DNA of 64,000 nucleotides from an uncultured Thiotrichaceae bacterium (GTDB lineage Bacteria > Pseudomonadota > Gammaproteobacteria > SZUA-229). A model generated the notes under the pieces. The model saw nothing but the letters and a program-made list of their open reading frames with translations, did no database searches and was not told where the DNA came from. This document shows positions 53,003 to 62,692 of this stretch, piece by piece; the stretch's first letter is position 1, and the number at the start of each line of letters is the position of its first letter. A program made the translations under genes and the position numbers. Where the stretch lies: contig CAYTUK010000005.1 of assembly GCA_964441285.1 (NCBI GenBank), forward strand, positions 3,596-67,595, in the 5' to 3' direction.

Positions 53003-55393
53003 ATGGGTTGCTGCGCCAGTTCAAATAAAGCCAACGTCAGTAAAATAAGTCCTTCAGGAATAGGCTCACTGACCATCGCCATCGCCGGTAATCCAAATTG
53101 TGGCAAATCAGCGCTGTTTAATGCCTTTACCGGCATTCGCCAGAAAACCGGTAACTGGCCCGGTGTTACCGTTGACCGTAAACAAGGTTTTTTTGAACTT
53201 CAGGGACACACTGTCACCGTTTACGACCTGCCGGGTATTTATTCGCTCGATGCCAGCTCTATTGATGAAAAAATCACGCGTGATTATTTACTGTCTCACG
53301 ATGCTAACCTGATTATCAATGTCGCCGATGCGTCTAATCTCGAACGTAATCTTTACCTGACTGCACAGTTACTCGAAATGAGCGTCCCCATTGTGCTGGC
53401 GTTAAATATGATGGATGTAGCACACAAACGCGGCATTCATATCGATATAAATAAACTGTCGCAAGAACTGGGCTGTCCAGTTGTATCCATTATTGCCGTT
53501 AATGGCAAGGGTATCGACAACTTAAAACAGGAAATTCTCGCTGTTGCTTCGGGTGAGCACAGTGGTGGTTTTCGTCTCGCTCATGATGAAGTTGTCGAGC
53601 AGGCGATTACCGCGATTATCCCCGAGTTGCAACGCTGTCGCCATGCTTCGAACAGTAACTTACACTGGCTGGCATTAAAATTACTGGAAAGTGATACCTA
53701 TACATCCAGCCAGTGCGACGATACTCTTCTCGCCGAAGTAAAAGAATGGCAAAGCGTAATTGAAGAGCGTGCGGGAGAAGACGCAGACATTCATATTGCC
53801 GACAGCCGCTTTACTCACGCGCATACACTGGCGAAAGCCGTTATTACCGAGAAAGGCAAGGCCGGAAAAACCGTTACTGACAGAATCGATCGCGTTGTTT
53901 TAAGCCGGATTTTTGGCATTCCATTCTTCTTGCTGGTGATGTATTTAATGTTTATGTTCACCATTAATATTGGTGGCGCTTTTATTGATTTCTTTGATGG
54001 TATTTCAAAAACTATTTTTGTTGAAGGATTCTCTACAGTTTTAAGCCAGATAGGTACACCGGATTTACTCCGAGTAATTCTGGCTAATGGCATCGGCGGC
54101 GGGATTGAAATTGTCGCCACCTTTATCCCCATTATTGGTGCGCTGTATTTATTTCTTTCTGCGATTGAAGACAGTGGTTACATGGCCCGCGCCGCATTCG
54201 TGATGGACCGATTTATGCGTAGCATTGGTCTGCCGGGAAAAGCCTTTGTTCCCTTAATTGTTGGTTTTGGCTGTAACGTGCCTGCGGTAATGGCAACACG
54301 TACACTGGAAAATGAACGTGAACGCAAACTCACTATTCTGATGAACCCGTTTATGTCCTGTGGCGCAAGGCTGCCTGTTTACGCCCTGTTCGTTGCTGCT
54401 TTTTTCCCCAGCAACGGTCAGAACCTGGTGTTTGCCCTGTACTTTATCGGTATTACCGTTGCGGTATTAACCGGTTTGTTGATGAAAAGAACCATCCTTT
54501 CAGGCGACAGCACTGGCTTCATGATGGAATTGCCCCCTTATCACCTGCCAACTGTCAAAGGCATTTTGCTACGCACCTGGGATAGAGTCCGGCTGTTTAT
54601 CAAGGAGGCTGGTCAGGTTATTATTGTCATGGTGCTGGTCATCAATGTACTCAGCGCTATTGGTACCAACGGCTCAATCAATAATGGCCAGACCGACAAG
54701 TCCGTCCTCGCCGCTATCAGCAAAGCCGTAACACCCGCCTTTGCGCCGATGGGAATAAAACAGGACAACTGGCCCGCAGTGCTGGGCATTATTTCAGGTG
54801 TACTGGCAAAAGAGGTGGTTGTAGGCACGCTTGACACGCTGTATACACAGCTTGCAAAAGAAGACTCTGGCGGCCGTGTTGCCACTAAAAAATCCTTTGA
54901 ATTCTGGCCATCTATTGACCGAGCTTTCGCCACCATACCAAAGAATCTTCGCGGTGTTATTAAAACACTGGATGACCCGCTAAAGATGAGTGTCGGCGAT
55001 ATACGCTCAACCAAAGTTGCCGCCAGCGAACAAAATGTGAGTAATGCCACATTCGGTGCCATGCTGAAGCGTTTTGATGGCCAGGCGGGTGCCTTTGCCT
55101 ATCTGTTGTTTGTACTGCTCTATTTTCCCTGTGCCGCAACCATTGGCGCGATTCGCCGTGAAGCCGGTACCCCGTGGGCGCTATTTGTTGCCGCCTGGAC
55201 AACCTCCGTCGCCTACGTCACAGCCAGTAGTTTTTATCAGGTCAGTACGTTTTCACAACACCCGGTATTTTCCACTTACTGGTTAGGTGGTGTAGTGCTG
55301 TTACTGCTGGCTTTCATTTTTGGTTTGCGGCGGTGGGCACATAAAGAAACCCGAAAAGAAGACGCACAGACGACGGCCGAAGCAAGGGTATAA
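53003..55393 (+). CDS. feoB: Ferrous iron transporter FeoB (G-domain plus permease)
   Basis: G1 GNPNCGKSALFN, G4 NMMD, and the Gate motifs. The start is placed at ATG 53003. Confidence 0.92.
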   Translation: MGCCASSNKANVSKISPSGIGSLTIAIAGNPNCGKSALFNAFTGIRQKTGNWPGVTVDRKQGFFELQGHTVTVYDLPGIYSLDASSIDEKITRDYLLSHDANLIINVADASNLERNLYLTAQLLEMSVPIVLALNMMDVAHKRGIHIDINKLSQELGCPVVSIIAVNGKGIDNLKQEILAVASGEHSGGFRLAHDEVVEQAITAIIPELQRCRHASNSNLHWLALKLLESDTYTSSQCDDTLLAEVKEWQSVIEERAGEDADIHIADSRFTHAHTLAKAVITEKGKAGKTVTDRIDRVVLSRIFGIPFFLLVMYLMFMFTINIGGAFIDFFDGISKTIFVEGFSTVLSQIGTPDLLRVILANGIGGGIEIVATFIPIIGALYLFLSAIEDSGYMARAAFVMDRFMRSIGLPGKAFVPLIVGFGCNVPAVMATRTLENERERKLTILMNPFMSCGARLPVYALFVAAFFPSNGQNLVFALYFIGITVAVLTGLLMKRTILSGDSTGFMMELPPYHLPTVKGILLRTWDRVRLFIKEAGQVIIVMVLVINVLSAIGTNGSINNGQTDKSVLAAISKAVTPAFAPMGIKQDNWPAVLGIISGVLAKEVVVGTLDTLYTQLAKEDSGGRVATKKSFEFWPSIDRAFATIPKNLRGVIKTLDDPLKMSVGDIRSTKVAASEQNVSNATFGAMLKRFDGQAGAFAYLLFVLLYFPCAATIGAIRREAGTPWALFVAAWTTSVAYVTASSFYQVSTFSQHPVFSTYWLGGVVLLLLAFIFGLRRWAHKETRKEDAQTTAEARV

Positions 55394-55397
55394 CACC

Positions 55398-55679
55398 ATG
55401 ATTCTGGCTGACATTCGATACTATCTAAAACAACGCGGACACTGCACACTCAGTGATGTTGCCCTGCATTTTGATACCGATGCCAACGCTGTTCGCGGCA
55501 TGCTGGATGTCTGGATACAGAAAGGCAAGGTGGAAAAGCGCTCGGCAACCGCATCCTGTGGTACCAGCTGTCAGTCCTGTGACCCGGCGAGCACTGAACT
55601 GTACTTCTGGCTGGAACCGGCAGGTCCAGCAGAAAAAATCGTTAAAGTCCCGTTACCCAAGCATTGCAGCCATCAGTAA
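55398..55679 (+). CDS. feoC: FeoC-like winged-helix regulator with a Cys-rich C-terminus
   Basis: MILADIRYYLKQRG…CGTSCQSCD. It lies directly after feoB. Confidence 0.75.
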   Translation: MILADIRYYLKQRGHCTLSDVALHFDTDANAVRGMLDVWIQKGKVEKRSATASCGTSCQSCDPASTELYFWLEPAGPAEKIVKVPLPKHCSHQ

Positions 55680-55680
55680 C

Positions 55681-57714
55681 TTAACCAAGCAATGCTTTTA
55701 ACCCGTCAAGATGCGCTCTGCCTTTATCTTTAGTACTCTTTTCTTTTGCTCCTTTGCCACCCTGCCATTCAATTTCATCTTCTGGTAATTCTTCTAAAAA
55801 ACGGCTGGGCTCACAGAGCGTTTTTTCACCATAACGTTTGCGTACACGCGCCATCGTCATGGTTAAACTTTTCTCTGCGCGGGTAATTCCAACGTAGGCG
55901 AGACGGCGCTCTTCTTCAACATTATCTTCCGCAATACTGACCGCATGCGGCAATAACTCTTCTTCAAAACCAACCAGGAATACATGTGGAAATTCCAGAC
56001 CTTTTGCCGCATGTAACGTCATTAGCTGCACCGCATCCTGATCTGACTCATTTTCATTGCGCTGCAATATATCCATCAATGACAGTTGTGCCATTAGTTC
56101 TGCCACCCCTGCCTCAGCATCTTTTTTCTGCATCCGCTGTAACCATTCAAGCAGATCCATCACATTTTTCCAGCGCCGCTCGGCGGTTTCTTCATCTTTA
56201 CTTTGCTCACGTAACCAATGTTCGTAATGCAGGTCATCCAGCAATTGTTGCGTAATAACCGTTGCTGATTCATTTTCAGCCCGATAAGCAAGACGCAATA
56301 ACCAGTCGCTAAATAAATTCAGATTTTTATAAGCAGCGACGGAAACGTTACTCTCAAGCCCGACTTCGCTACAGGCGGTCAACATGCTCACTTCACGCCT
56401 GGTCGCGTATTTACCGAGCTTTTCCAGCGTAGCTGCACCAATACTTCTGCGTGGTGTGTTAATTACACGCAAAAATGCAGCATCATCATCCGGGTTAGCT
56501 AACAGACGCAGGTAAGCAACAATGTCCTTGATTTCGGTACGTTCAAAAAATGAAATGCCCCCGCTGACCACATAAGGTATATGCATAGCACGAAGATAAC
56601 GCTCAAACACGCGGGCCTGAAAGTTACCCCGATACAAAATCGCATAATGCTTAAATTTTGTCTGGCATTGAACTCGATGCGACTGTATTTCCACGCAAAC
56701 TCGCTCAGCTTCATCTTCTTCGCTGTTGCACTGAATTATTCGAGCTGCATCACCCATACCCAGCTCACTCCACAGACGTTTTTCATAGACATGTGGATTG
56801 TTCTGGATAAGACTATTAGCGAGTTTAAGGATGCGCGCACTGGAGCGATAATTCTGTTCCAGTTTAATCAGCTTCATGCGCGGAAAATCTTTTGCCAGTT
56901 GCACCAGATTTTCTGGCTGCGCCCCACGCCAGGCATAAATTGACTGATCATCGTCGCCCACCGCAGTTAGACAATGACGCGCACTCGCCAGCAGCTTGAC
57001 TAATTCATACTGCATGGCATTGGTATCCTGATATTCATCCACCAACAGATAATGAATATTGCTCTGCCATTTCTGCAAAATTTCGGGCTTAATCTTAAAC
57101 AGATGCACGGTTTGCAAAATCAGATCATCCAGATCAAAGGCATTGTAGGCATGCAACTGGCGCTGATAGCTGACATAGAGTTTCGCAATCTCCCGCTGCC
57201 GGTCATCTTCAGCAACTTTAAATGCCTGATCCGGCATTACGCCATTATTTTTCCACTGGCTGATTTGCCCGTGTGCCGATTCCGCTGCGTCCAGTCCACG
57301 CTCACCGGTGACTTTAAGCAGTTCAGATAACACCGTAATGCAATCGCCATGCGCAAACACTGAAAACCCAGCCTTATAGTCCAGCGCTGTATATTCTTTC
57401 TGTAAAATACCTAATGACAAGCGATGAAAGGTAGAAACCCGTAGGCCACGACTGGCTTTATTCCCCACCAGCTTTTTAATCCGCACCTTCATTTCCTTTG
57501 CCGATTTATTAGTAAAGGTAACTGCCGCAATACGGTTCGGACTGATGCCGCATTCACCCAGCAAATAGGCAATTTTTTCAGTAATCACTCGGGTTTTACC
57601 ACTACCGGCACCCGCTAGAACCAGCATCGGACCATCAATATAATGAATGGCTTCAAGTTGCTGGGGATTTAGCTGTGGTTTGTTGTGAAACTGATTTTGT
57701 TGGGGTGTATTCAA
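55681..57714 (-). CDS. rep: ATP-dependent DNA helicase Rep (UvrD/Rep SF1 family)
   Basis: LNPQQLEAIHYIDGPMLVLAGAGSGKTRVIT, a length of 677 aa that is close to Rep, and SF1 motifs I–VI. Confidence 0.85.
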   Translation of the reverse strand: MNTPQQNQFHNKPQLNPQQLEAIHYIDGPMLVLAGAGSGKTRVITEKIAYLLGECGISPNRIAAVTFTNKSAKEMKVRIKKLVGNKASRGLRVSTFHRLSLGILQKEYTALDYKAGFSVFAHGDCITVLSELLKVTGERGLDAAESAHGQISQWKNNGVMPDQAFKVAEDDRQREIAKLYVSYQRQLHAYNAFDLDDLILQTVHLFKIKPEILQKWQSNIHYLLVDEYQDTNAMQYELVKLLASARHCLTAVGDDDQSIYAWRGAQPENLVQLAKDFPRMKLIKLEQNYRSSARILKLANSLIQNNPHVYEKRLWSELGMGDAARIIQCNSEEDEAERVCVEIQSHRVQCQTKFKHYAILYRGNFQARVFERYLRAMHIPYVVSGGISFFERTEIKDIVAYLRLLANPDDDAAFLRVINTPRRSIGAATLEKLGKYATRREVSMLTACSEVGLESNVSVAAYKNLNLFSDWLLRLAYRAENESATVITQQLLDDLHYEHWLREQSKDEETAERRWKNVMDLLEWLQRMQKKDAEAGVAELMAQLSLMDILQRNENESDQDAVQLMTLHAAKGLEFPHVFLVGFEEELLPHAVSIAEDNVEEERRLAYVGITRAEKSLTMTMARVRKRYGEKTLCEPSRFLEELPEDEIEWQGGKGAKEKSTKDKGRAHLDGLKALLG

Positions 57715-57823
57715 AATGGATGGTTCAAAGTGGCGTTAAACTAACAAACAGGTAGTTTACTGGAAGGTGGTGGAAAATGGATTGTTTTTTGAGTGAATTT
57801 TTTCCAGCTAGAATGATCGAGCC

Positions 57824-57909
57824 ATAATAACCGGACTATAATAACTGGACTATAACAACCGAACTATGACAGTCTGACTATAACAGCCTGGCTAACAGCC
57901 CTGCTACAG
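57824..57909 (+). repeat. Six to seven tandem direct repeats of a 12–14-bp unit (consensus CYGGACTATAACA) ending 8 nt before the ampD start codon
   Basis: gccataataa|ccggactataataa|ctggactataacaa|ccgaactatgaca|gtctgactataaca|gcctggctaaca|gccctgctacag. Confidence 0.75.
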
Positions 57910-57917
57910 TTAATAAT

Positions 57918-58475
57918 ATGAAAATAGATGCCAGTACCGGTCTGCTAACTCCCTGTAGCCAGATACTCTCACCCAATAGAGATCTGCGCCCCAAAAACCA
58001 GATCATCGACCTTATTGTTATCCACAGTATCAGCCTGCCTCCGGGAAAATATGGCGGCGATGCCATTGAACGTTTCTTTTGTAATCAACTACCCGCTGAA
58101 GAGCAGCCTTATTTTCAGCAAATCCATACACTGAAAGTCTCCGCACATACCCTCATTAAACGCGATGGCAGCATTGTTCAGTTTGTACCCTTTCATGAAC
58201 GCGCCTGGCATGCTGGTCGCTCACGCTATCAGGGACGCGAACATTGTAATGATTTCTCTATCGGCATAGAGCTCGAAGGCACCGATACAGAAGCATTCGA
58301 AAACAGCCAGTATACCCAACTGGCGCGGCTGGTGTTAGCACTGGAAGCAACCTATCCGAGCATTGATCGTGGTAGTATTACTGGTCACAGTAATATTGCG
58401 CCCGATCGAAAAACCGACCCCGGCAGTGGTTTTAACTGGCAGAAAATGAAAAAACTTTTACTCAGAAATACATAA
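57918..58475 (+). CDS. ampD: 1,6-anhydro-N-acetylmuramyl-L-alanine amidase AmpD
   Basis: DLIVIHSISLPPGKYGG…, the amidase_2 zinc ligands. Confidence 0.9.
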   Translation: MKIDASTGLLTPCSQILSPNRDLRPKNQIIDLIVIHSISLPPGKYGGDAIERFFCNQLPAEEQPYFQQIHTLKVSAHTLIKRDGSIVQFVPFHERAWHAGRSRYQGREHCNDFSIGIELEGTDTEAFENSQYTQLARLVLALEATYPSIDRGSITGHSNIAPDRKTDPGSGFNWQKMKKLLLRNT

Positions 58476-58529
58476 AAAACTCGGCATCAATGTTTATAAT
58501 AAAGTTAACGATGCACGAACAAAAATAAT

Positions 58530-59372
58530 ATGGCGTTGATTTCAATCATACTTGGCCTGATCCTTGATCGCATGTTCCAACACCTGCATGAACTGCGCGA
58601 TATGGTCTGGTTCGAATATTATTCACAAAAAATTTGCCAGTTAACCCGCCACCGGCTACCACCCTTGCAATTTATTTTAATCATCGTACCACCACTGGCC
58701 GTCATCCTTTTTTTACAAATTTCATTATTCAGCTTCTTTTTTAATCTGCCTTACTTTATCTTTGGCATCATTGTTTTTATCTACTGCCTCGGACCATCCT
58801 GTTTAGCAACGGATATTGATGCCTATCTACACGCGCGTGAAATCGGCGATGATGATGAAGCCTTTCACTATGCCGGAGCAATTACAGAACGCGCCGCATC
58901 AACTTCGCCAGATCAACAAACTCGAGATGTGACTCATGCGATATTGTATGTTGCCAATGAACGTATTTTTTCTGCTATTTTCTGGTTTGTTATTCTTGGC
59001 CCTTTTGGCGCACTGCTGTATCGACTTACCTCCCAGATAAGTAAACAGATTGAACATACCGAACTGGCCGATTTTGCCGAGTATGTCCAGGCTATTATGG
59101 CTTTTATTCCAACGCATATGCTGGCTGCCGGTTACGCTTTCACCGGCAATTTTGATGCTGCTTTCCACGCTTATAAAGACCGCTTAAGGTCACCCGACAT
59201 ATCCAACAGTAACTATGATGTGCTGGTTTCAACCGGTACTGGTGCCATGAAAAACATGCAAATGGAGGATGAAATTGCTGGTATCCATGCAGCACAGGCG
59301 CTAGTAATGCGATCAGTCATGGTATGGATAGCCGTGCTGGCTATTTTGACATTGGGCGGCTGGTTAAAATAG
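58530..59372 (+). CDS. ampE: AmpE membrane protein
   Basis: MALISIILGLILDR…, a polytopic protein following ampD. Confidence 0.85.
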   Translation: MALISIILGLILDRMFQHLHELRDMVWFEYYSQKICQLTRHRLPPLQFILIIVPPLAVILFLQISLFSFFFNLPYFIFGIIVFIYCLGPSCLATDIDAYLHAREIGDDDEAFHYAGAITERAASTSPDQQTRDVTHAILYVANERIFSAIFWFVILGPFGALLYRLTSQISKQIEHTELADFAEYVQAIMAFIPTHMLAAGYAFTGNFDAAFHAYKDRLRSPDISNSNYDVLVSTGTGAMKNMQMEDEIAGIHAAQALVMRSVMVWIAVLAILTLGGWLK

Positions 59373-59409
59373 GCCGATACAAAAACTGGCGATAATAGAC
59401 AACTCAATA

Positions 59410-60000
59410 ATGACAACCTGCATTGATGTAATTCGACATGGTGAACCAGAAGGCGGACATCGCTACCGTGGTCACAACATAGACGATCCCTTAACCGAAC
59501 GGGGCTGGTTACAAATGCGCTCAGCAGTCCCCAAAAAACCACTCTGGCAACATATTATTTCTTCACCATTAAAACGTTGCCTGGAATTCAGTAAGGAGCT
59601 GGCTGAAGATTTACAAATCCTTTACACCATTGATGACCGAGTAAAAGAAATAGGTTTTGGCTGCTGGGAAGGAAAGACACCGGGTGAAATTATTGCTCAG
59701 GACAGTGATGCGCTGAATCATTTTTATCAGGATCCGGTAAATCATCGTCCGGCAGGAGCCGAACCATTAGAGATCTTTTCAAAGCGTGTGTGGCAGGCAT
59801 ATCAGTCAATTGCAAAAGAGCATGAGGGTAAACATGTGCTTATCGTTGCCCATGCTGGTGTTGCGCGCGCCATCACTGCAAATATTCTACGCATGTCGCT
59901 GGATGATGTGTATAGCCGATTACGCATTGAATATGGCGGCATAATTACTAGCTCAGTGGAAACAGGCCTAGCACCGAAACTGATTATTCAACGCACTTAA
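59410..60000 (+). CDS. Histidine phosphatase family protein (phosphoglycerate-mutase/CobC-like)
   Basis: The RHG motif (VIRHGEP) and a downstream catalytic His (VAHAGV). Confidence 0.8.
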   Translation: MTTCIDVIRHGEPEGGHRYRGHNIDDPLTERGWLQMRSAVPKKPLWQHIISSPLKRCLEFSKELAEDLQILYTIDDRVKEIGFGCWEGKTPGEIIAQDSDALNHFYQDPVNHRPAGAEPLEIFSKRVWQAYQSIAKEHEGKHVLIVAHAGVARAITANILRMSLDDVYSRLRIEYGGIITSSVETGLAPKLIIQRT

Positions 60001-60558
60001 ACAAGTTTCATAAATACTCATCGCGAATTTATCAAGCGACTCTAATCGTGCGTTTAAAAGCGAAATGGTCACTGCCGCAAGCAGGGAAACGATAACAGAA
60101 GCAAATATATCCATAGGGAAATGGACACCAATAAATACACGCGAAACACCGCCGATAAAACCGGAAACAAGCAGTATATATCCCAGCATTCCAGTTGGCT
60201 TATTAAGAAATAGTGAAATTGCGATAGAAAGCATAAATGTCGTGTGATCAGATGGCATTGATGAATCAGCTACGTGATGAATTAATGTCGTACCCAAATT
60301 TTCCATAAATGGGCGCGGATGAAAGTAAACAGATGAAATAGCAAGGTTAATAAAAAGTCCAAGTATCGCTGAGTAACAGGCATGCAACAGGGCAACTTTT
60401 TTCTCTGCATTTTGCTTAAACCACAGGTAAAGCAAAATAATGATGAAAACATATGGCAAATACTCAGCAAGACTTACCGCAATAACATCAATAATTTTGC
60501 TGCTCCCAGCATATTGATTAATGGCTAAAAATAGTTTTATATTCAACTGTTCTATCAA
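59968..60558 (-). CDS. PAP2-family phosphatase (YbjG/undecaprenyl-diphosphatase-like)
   Basis: PAP2 motifs …HPRP…, SMPSDHT and …GVHFPMD. The 3' end overlaps the convergent neighbour by 33 nt. Confidence 0.75.
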   Translation of the reverse strand: MIEQLNIKLFLAINQYAGSSKIIDVIAVSLAEYLPYVFIIILLYLWFKQNAEKKVALLHACYSAILGLFINLAISSVYFHPRPFMENLGTTLIHHVADSSMPSDHTTFMLSIAISLFLNKPTGMLGYILLVSGFIGGVSRVFIGVHFPMDIFASVIVSLLAAVTISLLNARLESLDKFAMSIYETCLSALNNQFRC

Positions 60559-60575
60559 TCTTCGAAGGCTCTCAA

Positions 60576-60595
60576 TTCATTCGTTTCAGTAATAC
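60576..60595. repeat. Solo right terminus (TTCATTCGTTTCAGTAATAC) of the palindromic element
   Basis: It matches the right end of copy D and is the reverse complement of the left terminus GTATTACTGAAACGAATG. Confidence 0.5.
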
Positions 60596-60736
60596 TTAAA
60601 TAAGAAATTCTCTCTGATACAGGAAAACCCTGCTCTATGCCCCTATGCATCATTCGTGCAAGGGCGTTCTTTTTTTGTTTTCAATAGCTTATCATATAAC
60701 CGAGAATAATGGCGTATCCACATGTTACACAACACT

Positions 60737-60816
60737 TACTAACAGGACGGATGAAAAGGATATTTAATTATTCAAGACCGTCAGCCGCAGGGATGCGGGG
60801 TGCGTTTCAGTAATAC
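60737..60816 (+). repeat. Palindromic element, internally deleted copy H (left arm plus half core, joined directly to the right terminus)
   Basis: ttactaacaggacggatgaaaaggatatttaattattcaagaccgtcagccgcagggatgcgggg|tgcgtttcagtaatac. Confidence 0.7.
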
Positions 60817-60941
60817 CACTGAGCTATATAAAAAAGATATTCTGTGTTCAAAATTAATCGAAGCTTCCTTAAATATTTTTTCCAACGCAAACTATAGGTT
60901 ACAATCTGTCTATTATCTAGCAACAGTGACAGGAGACCGGT

Positions 60942-61913
60942 TTGAATCGCCTTACTCAACTTAAACTATGGCTCGAGTCTATTGAGGAAAATACCTTTAC
61001 CGATATTCAGCACGCCTCGGCCGATGCCAGCTTTCGCCAGTATTTTCGGGTTTTTAATATAAAAGAAAACCGCCACTATATCGTCATGGATGCACCTCCG
61101 AAAAAAGAGAACTGTCACCCTTTTGTGCATATCACTGAGCTAATACGCAATGTTGGTGTCAATGCTCCCCGCATATATGCACAGAATATTTCAGCGGGGT
61201 TTCTATTACTGGCCGACCTAGGTAACCGACCTTATCTAGATGAATTAAACAATAGCACCGCAGAAAATTTATATTCTGATGCCATTAACGCACTCATAAA
61301 AATGCAATCAATTAAGGCTATTCTGCCCGCTTATGACGAGCCGTGTTTACAGCGTGAAATGAATCTATTTGAAGTCTGGTACCTGAAACGCCACCTTAAT
61401 GTACGTATCAGTGCCACACAAAAAGAACAACTTAACCACATTTTTAAATTACTCATCAGTAATGCGCAGGAGCAACCACAGGTATTCGTACACCGTGATT
61501 ACCATTCACGCAACCTGATGATAACGGATACCAGTAACCCAGGGGTAATTGACTATCAAGATGCCGTTATCGGGCCTATAACCTATGATCTTGTATCCCT
61601 GTTCAAGGACTGCTACATAGCATGGCCAGCAGAAAAAGTGAAAACCTGGTTAGCACTCTATCTCAAACGTCTAACCATTTCTTATTCTATTACACCACAA
61701 ACACTGCAACGCTGGTTTGATTTAATGGGCGTGCAACGTCACCTTAAGGTACTGGGTATTTTTTCCCGGCTGAATTATCGTGATGGCAAAACCCACTATC
61801 TCAATGACCTGCCGCTGACTTTAAACTATCTCACTACGACCTGTGGACAATATGACGAACTACAGCCTTTAAAACGGTTGCTCGAAGAAACAACACTAAA
61901 AGCAGCAACATGA
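60942..61913 (+). CDS. amgK: N-acetylmuramate/N-acetylglucosamine kinase AmgK (APH-like phosphotransferase)
   Basis: An APH-fold (…VHRDYHSRNLM…IDYQDA) adjacent to MurU. It has a TTG start with AGGAGA 5 nt upstream. Confidence 0.8.
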   Translation: MNRLTQLKLWLESIEENTFTDIQHASADASFRQYFRVFNIKENRHYIVMDAPPKKENCHPFVHITELIRNVGVNAPRIYAQNISAGFLLLADLGNRPYLDELNNSTAENLYSDAINALIKMQSIKAILPAYDEPCLQREMNLFEVWYLKRHLNVRISATQKEQLNHIFKLLISNAQEQPQVFVHRDYHSRNLMITDTSNPGVIDYQDAVIGPITYDLVSLFKDCYIAWPAEKVKTWLALYLKRLTISYSITPQTLQRWFDLMGVQRHLKVLGIFSRLNYRDGKTHYLNDLPLTLNYLTTTCGQYDELQPLKRLLEETTLKAAT

Positions 61914-62572
61914 ACGTTATTATTCTGGCTGCTGGACGTGGTGAACGTTTACGCCCGCTAACTGACACAACACCAAAACCTTTACTCAAAGTCGGTGGAA
62001 AATCATTGATTGACTACCACCTGATTAATCTGGCATCCGCCGGTTTCAAAAAGATTATTATAAACACCGCCTGGCTGGCAGAAAAAATTCATCAGACACT
62101 GGGGGATGGAAGTCAATATGGCATTCGCCTTGTCTATTCAGACGAAGGTGAGGCACTGGAGACAGCGGGAGGAATCATAAAGGCGTTACCGCTGTTAGGC
62201 AAATCACCTTTTCTGGTTATCAATGCTGACATCTGGAGTGACTTTGATTTTGCTTCAATTCAACCACTTGAAGCAGGTATTCAGGCAAATTTAATTTTAG
62301 TCAATAACCCGACACATCATCCTGAAGGTGACTTTTCCATCACTCATAATTTATTGAGCAATCACAACAAACCTAACTATACCTATAGTGGTATTGGTGT
62401 CTATTCACCACAGTTTTTCAATGACTGTAAACAGGGGAAATTAGCACTTTCCCCCTTGTTAAGAGATAAAGCCGATCACAAGTTGATCACTGCGCAGCAC
62501 TATATCGGTAAATGGACAGATGCAGGGACCATTGAACGCTTACACTATCTGGATAATTGTCTTCGAACTTAA
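61910..62572 (+). CDS. murU: N-acetylmuramate-alpha-1-phosphate uridylyltransferase MurU
   Basis: ILAAGRGERLRPLTDTTPKPLL, a nucleotidyltransferase. It overlaps amgK by 4 nt (ATGA). Confidence 0.82.
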   Translation: MNVIILAAGRGERLRPLTDTTPKPLLKVGGKSLIDYHLINLASAGFKKIIINTAWLAEKIHQTLGDGSQYGIRLVYSDEGEALETAGGIIKALPLLGKSPFLVINADIWSDFDFASIQPLEAGIQANLILVNNPTHHPEGDFSITHNLLSNHNKPNYTYSGIGVYSPQFFNDCKQGKLALSPLLRDKADHKLITAQHYIGKWTDAGTIERLHYLDNCLRT

Positions 62573-62692
62573 ACAGGATACGTTTTATTTAAACCGCGCT
62601 ACTCGCTTAAACTACAGCAAGGTTTTTTTCCACTTTAGTTAACCTCTGAGCAAGGTAGTGTCCGTTATTTTATGCTAAGGCAAGCAACAGAG

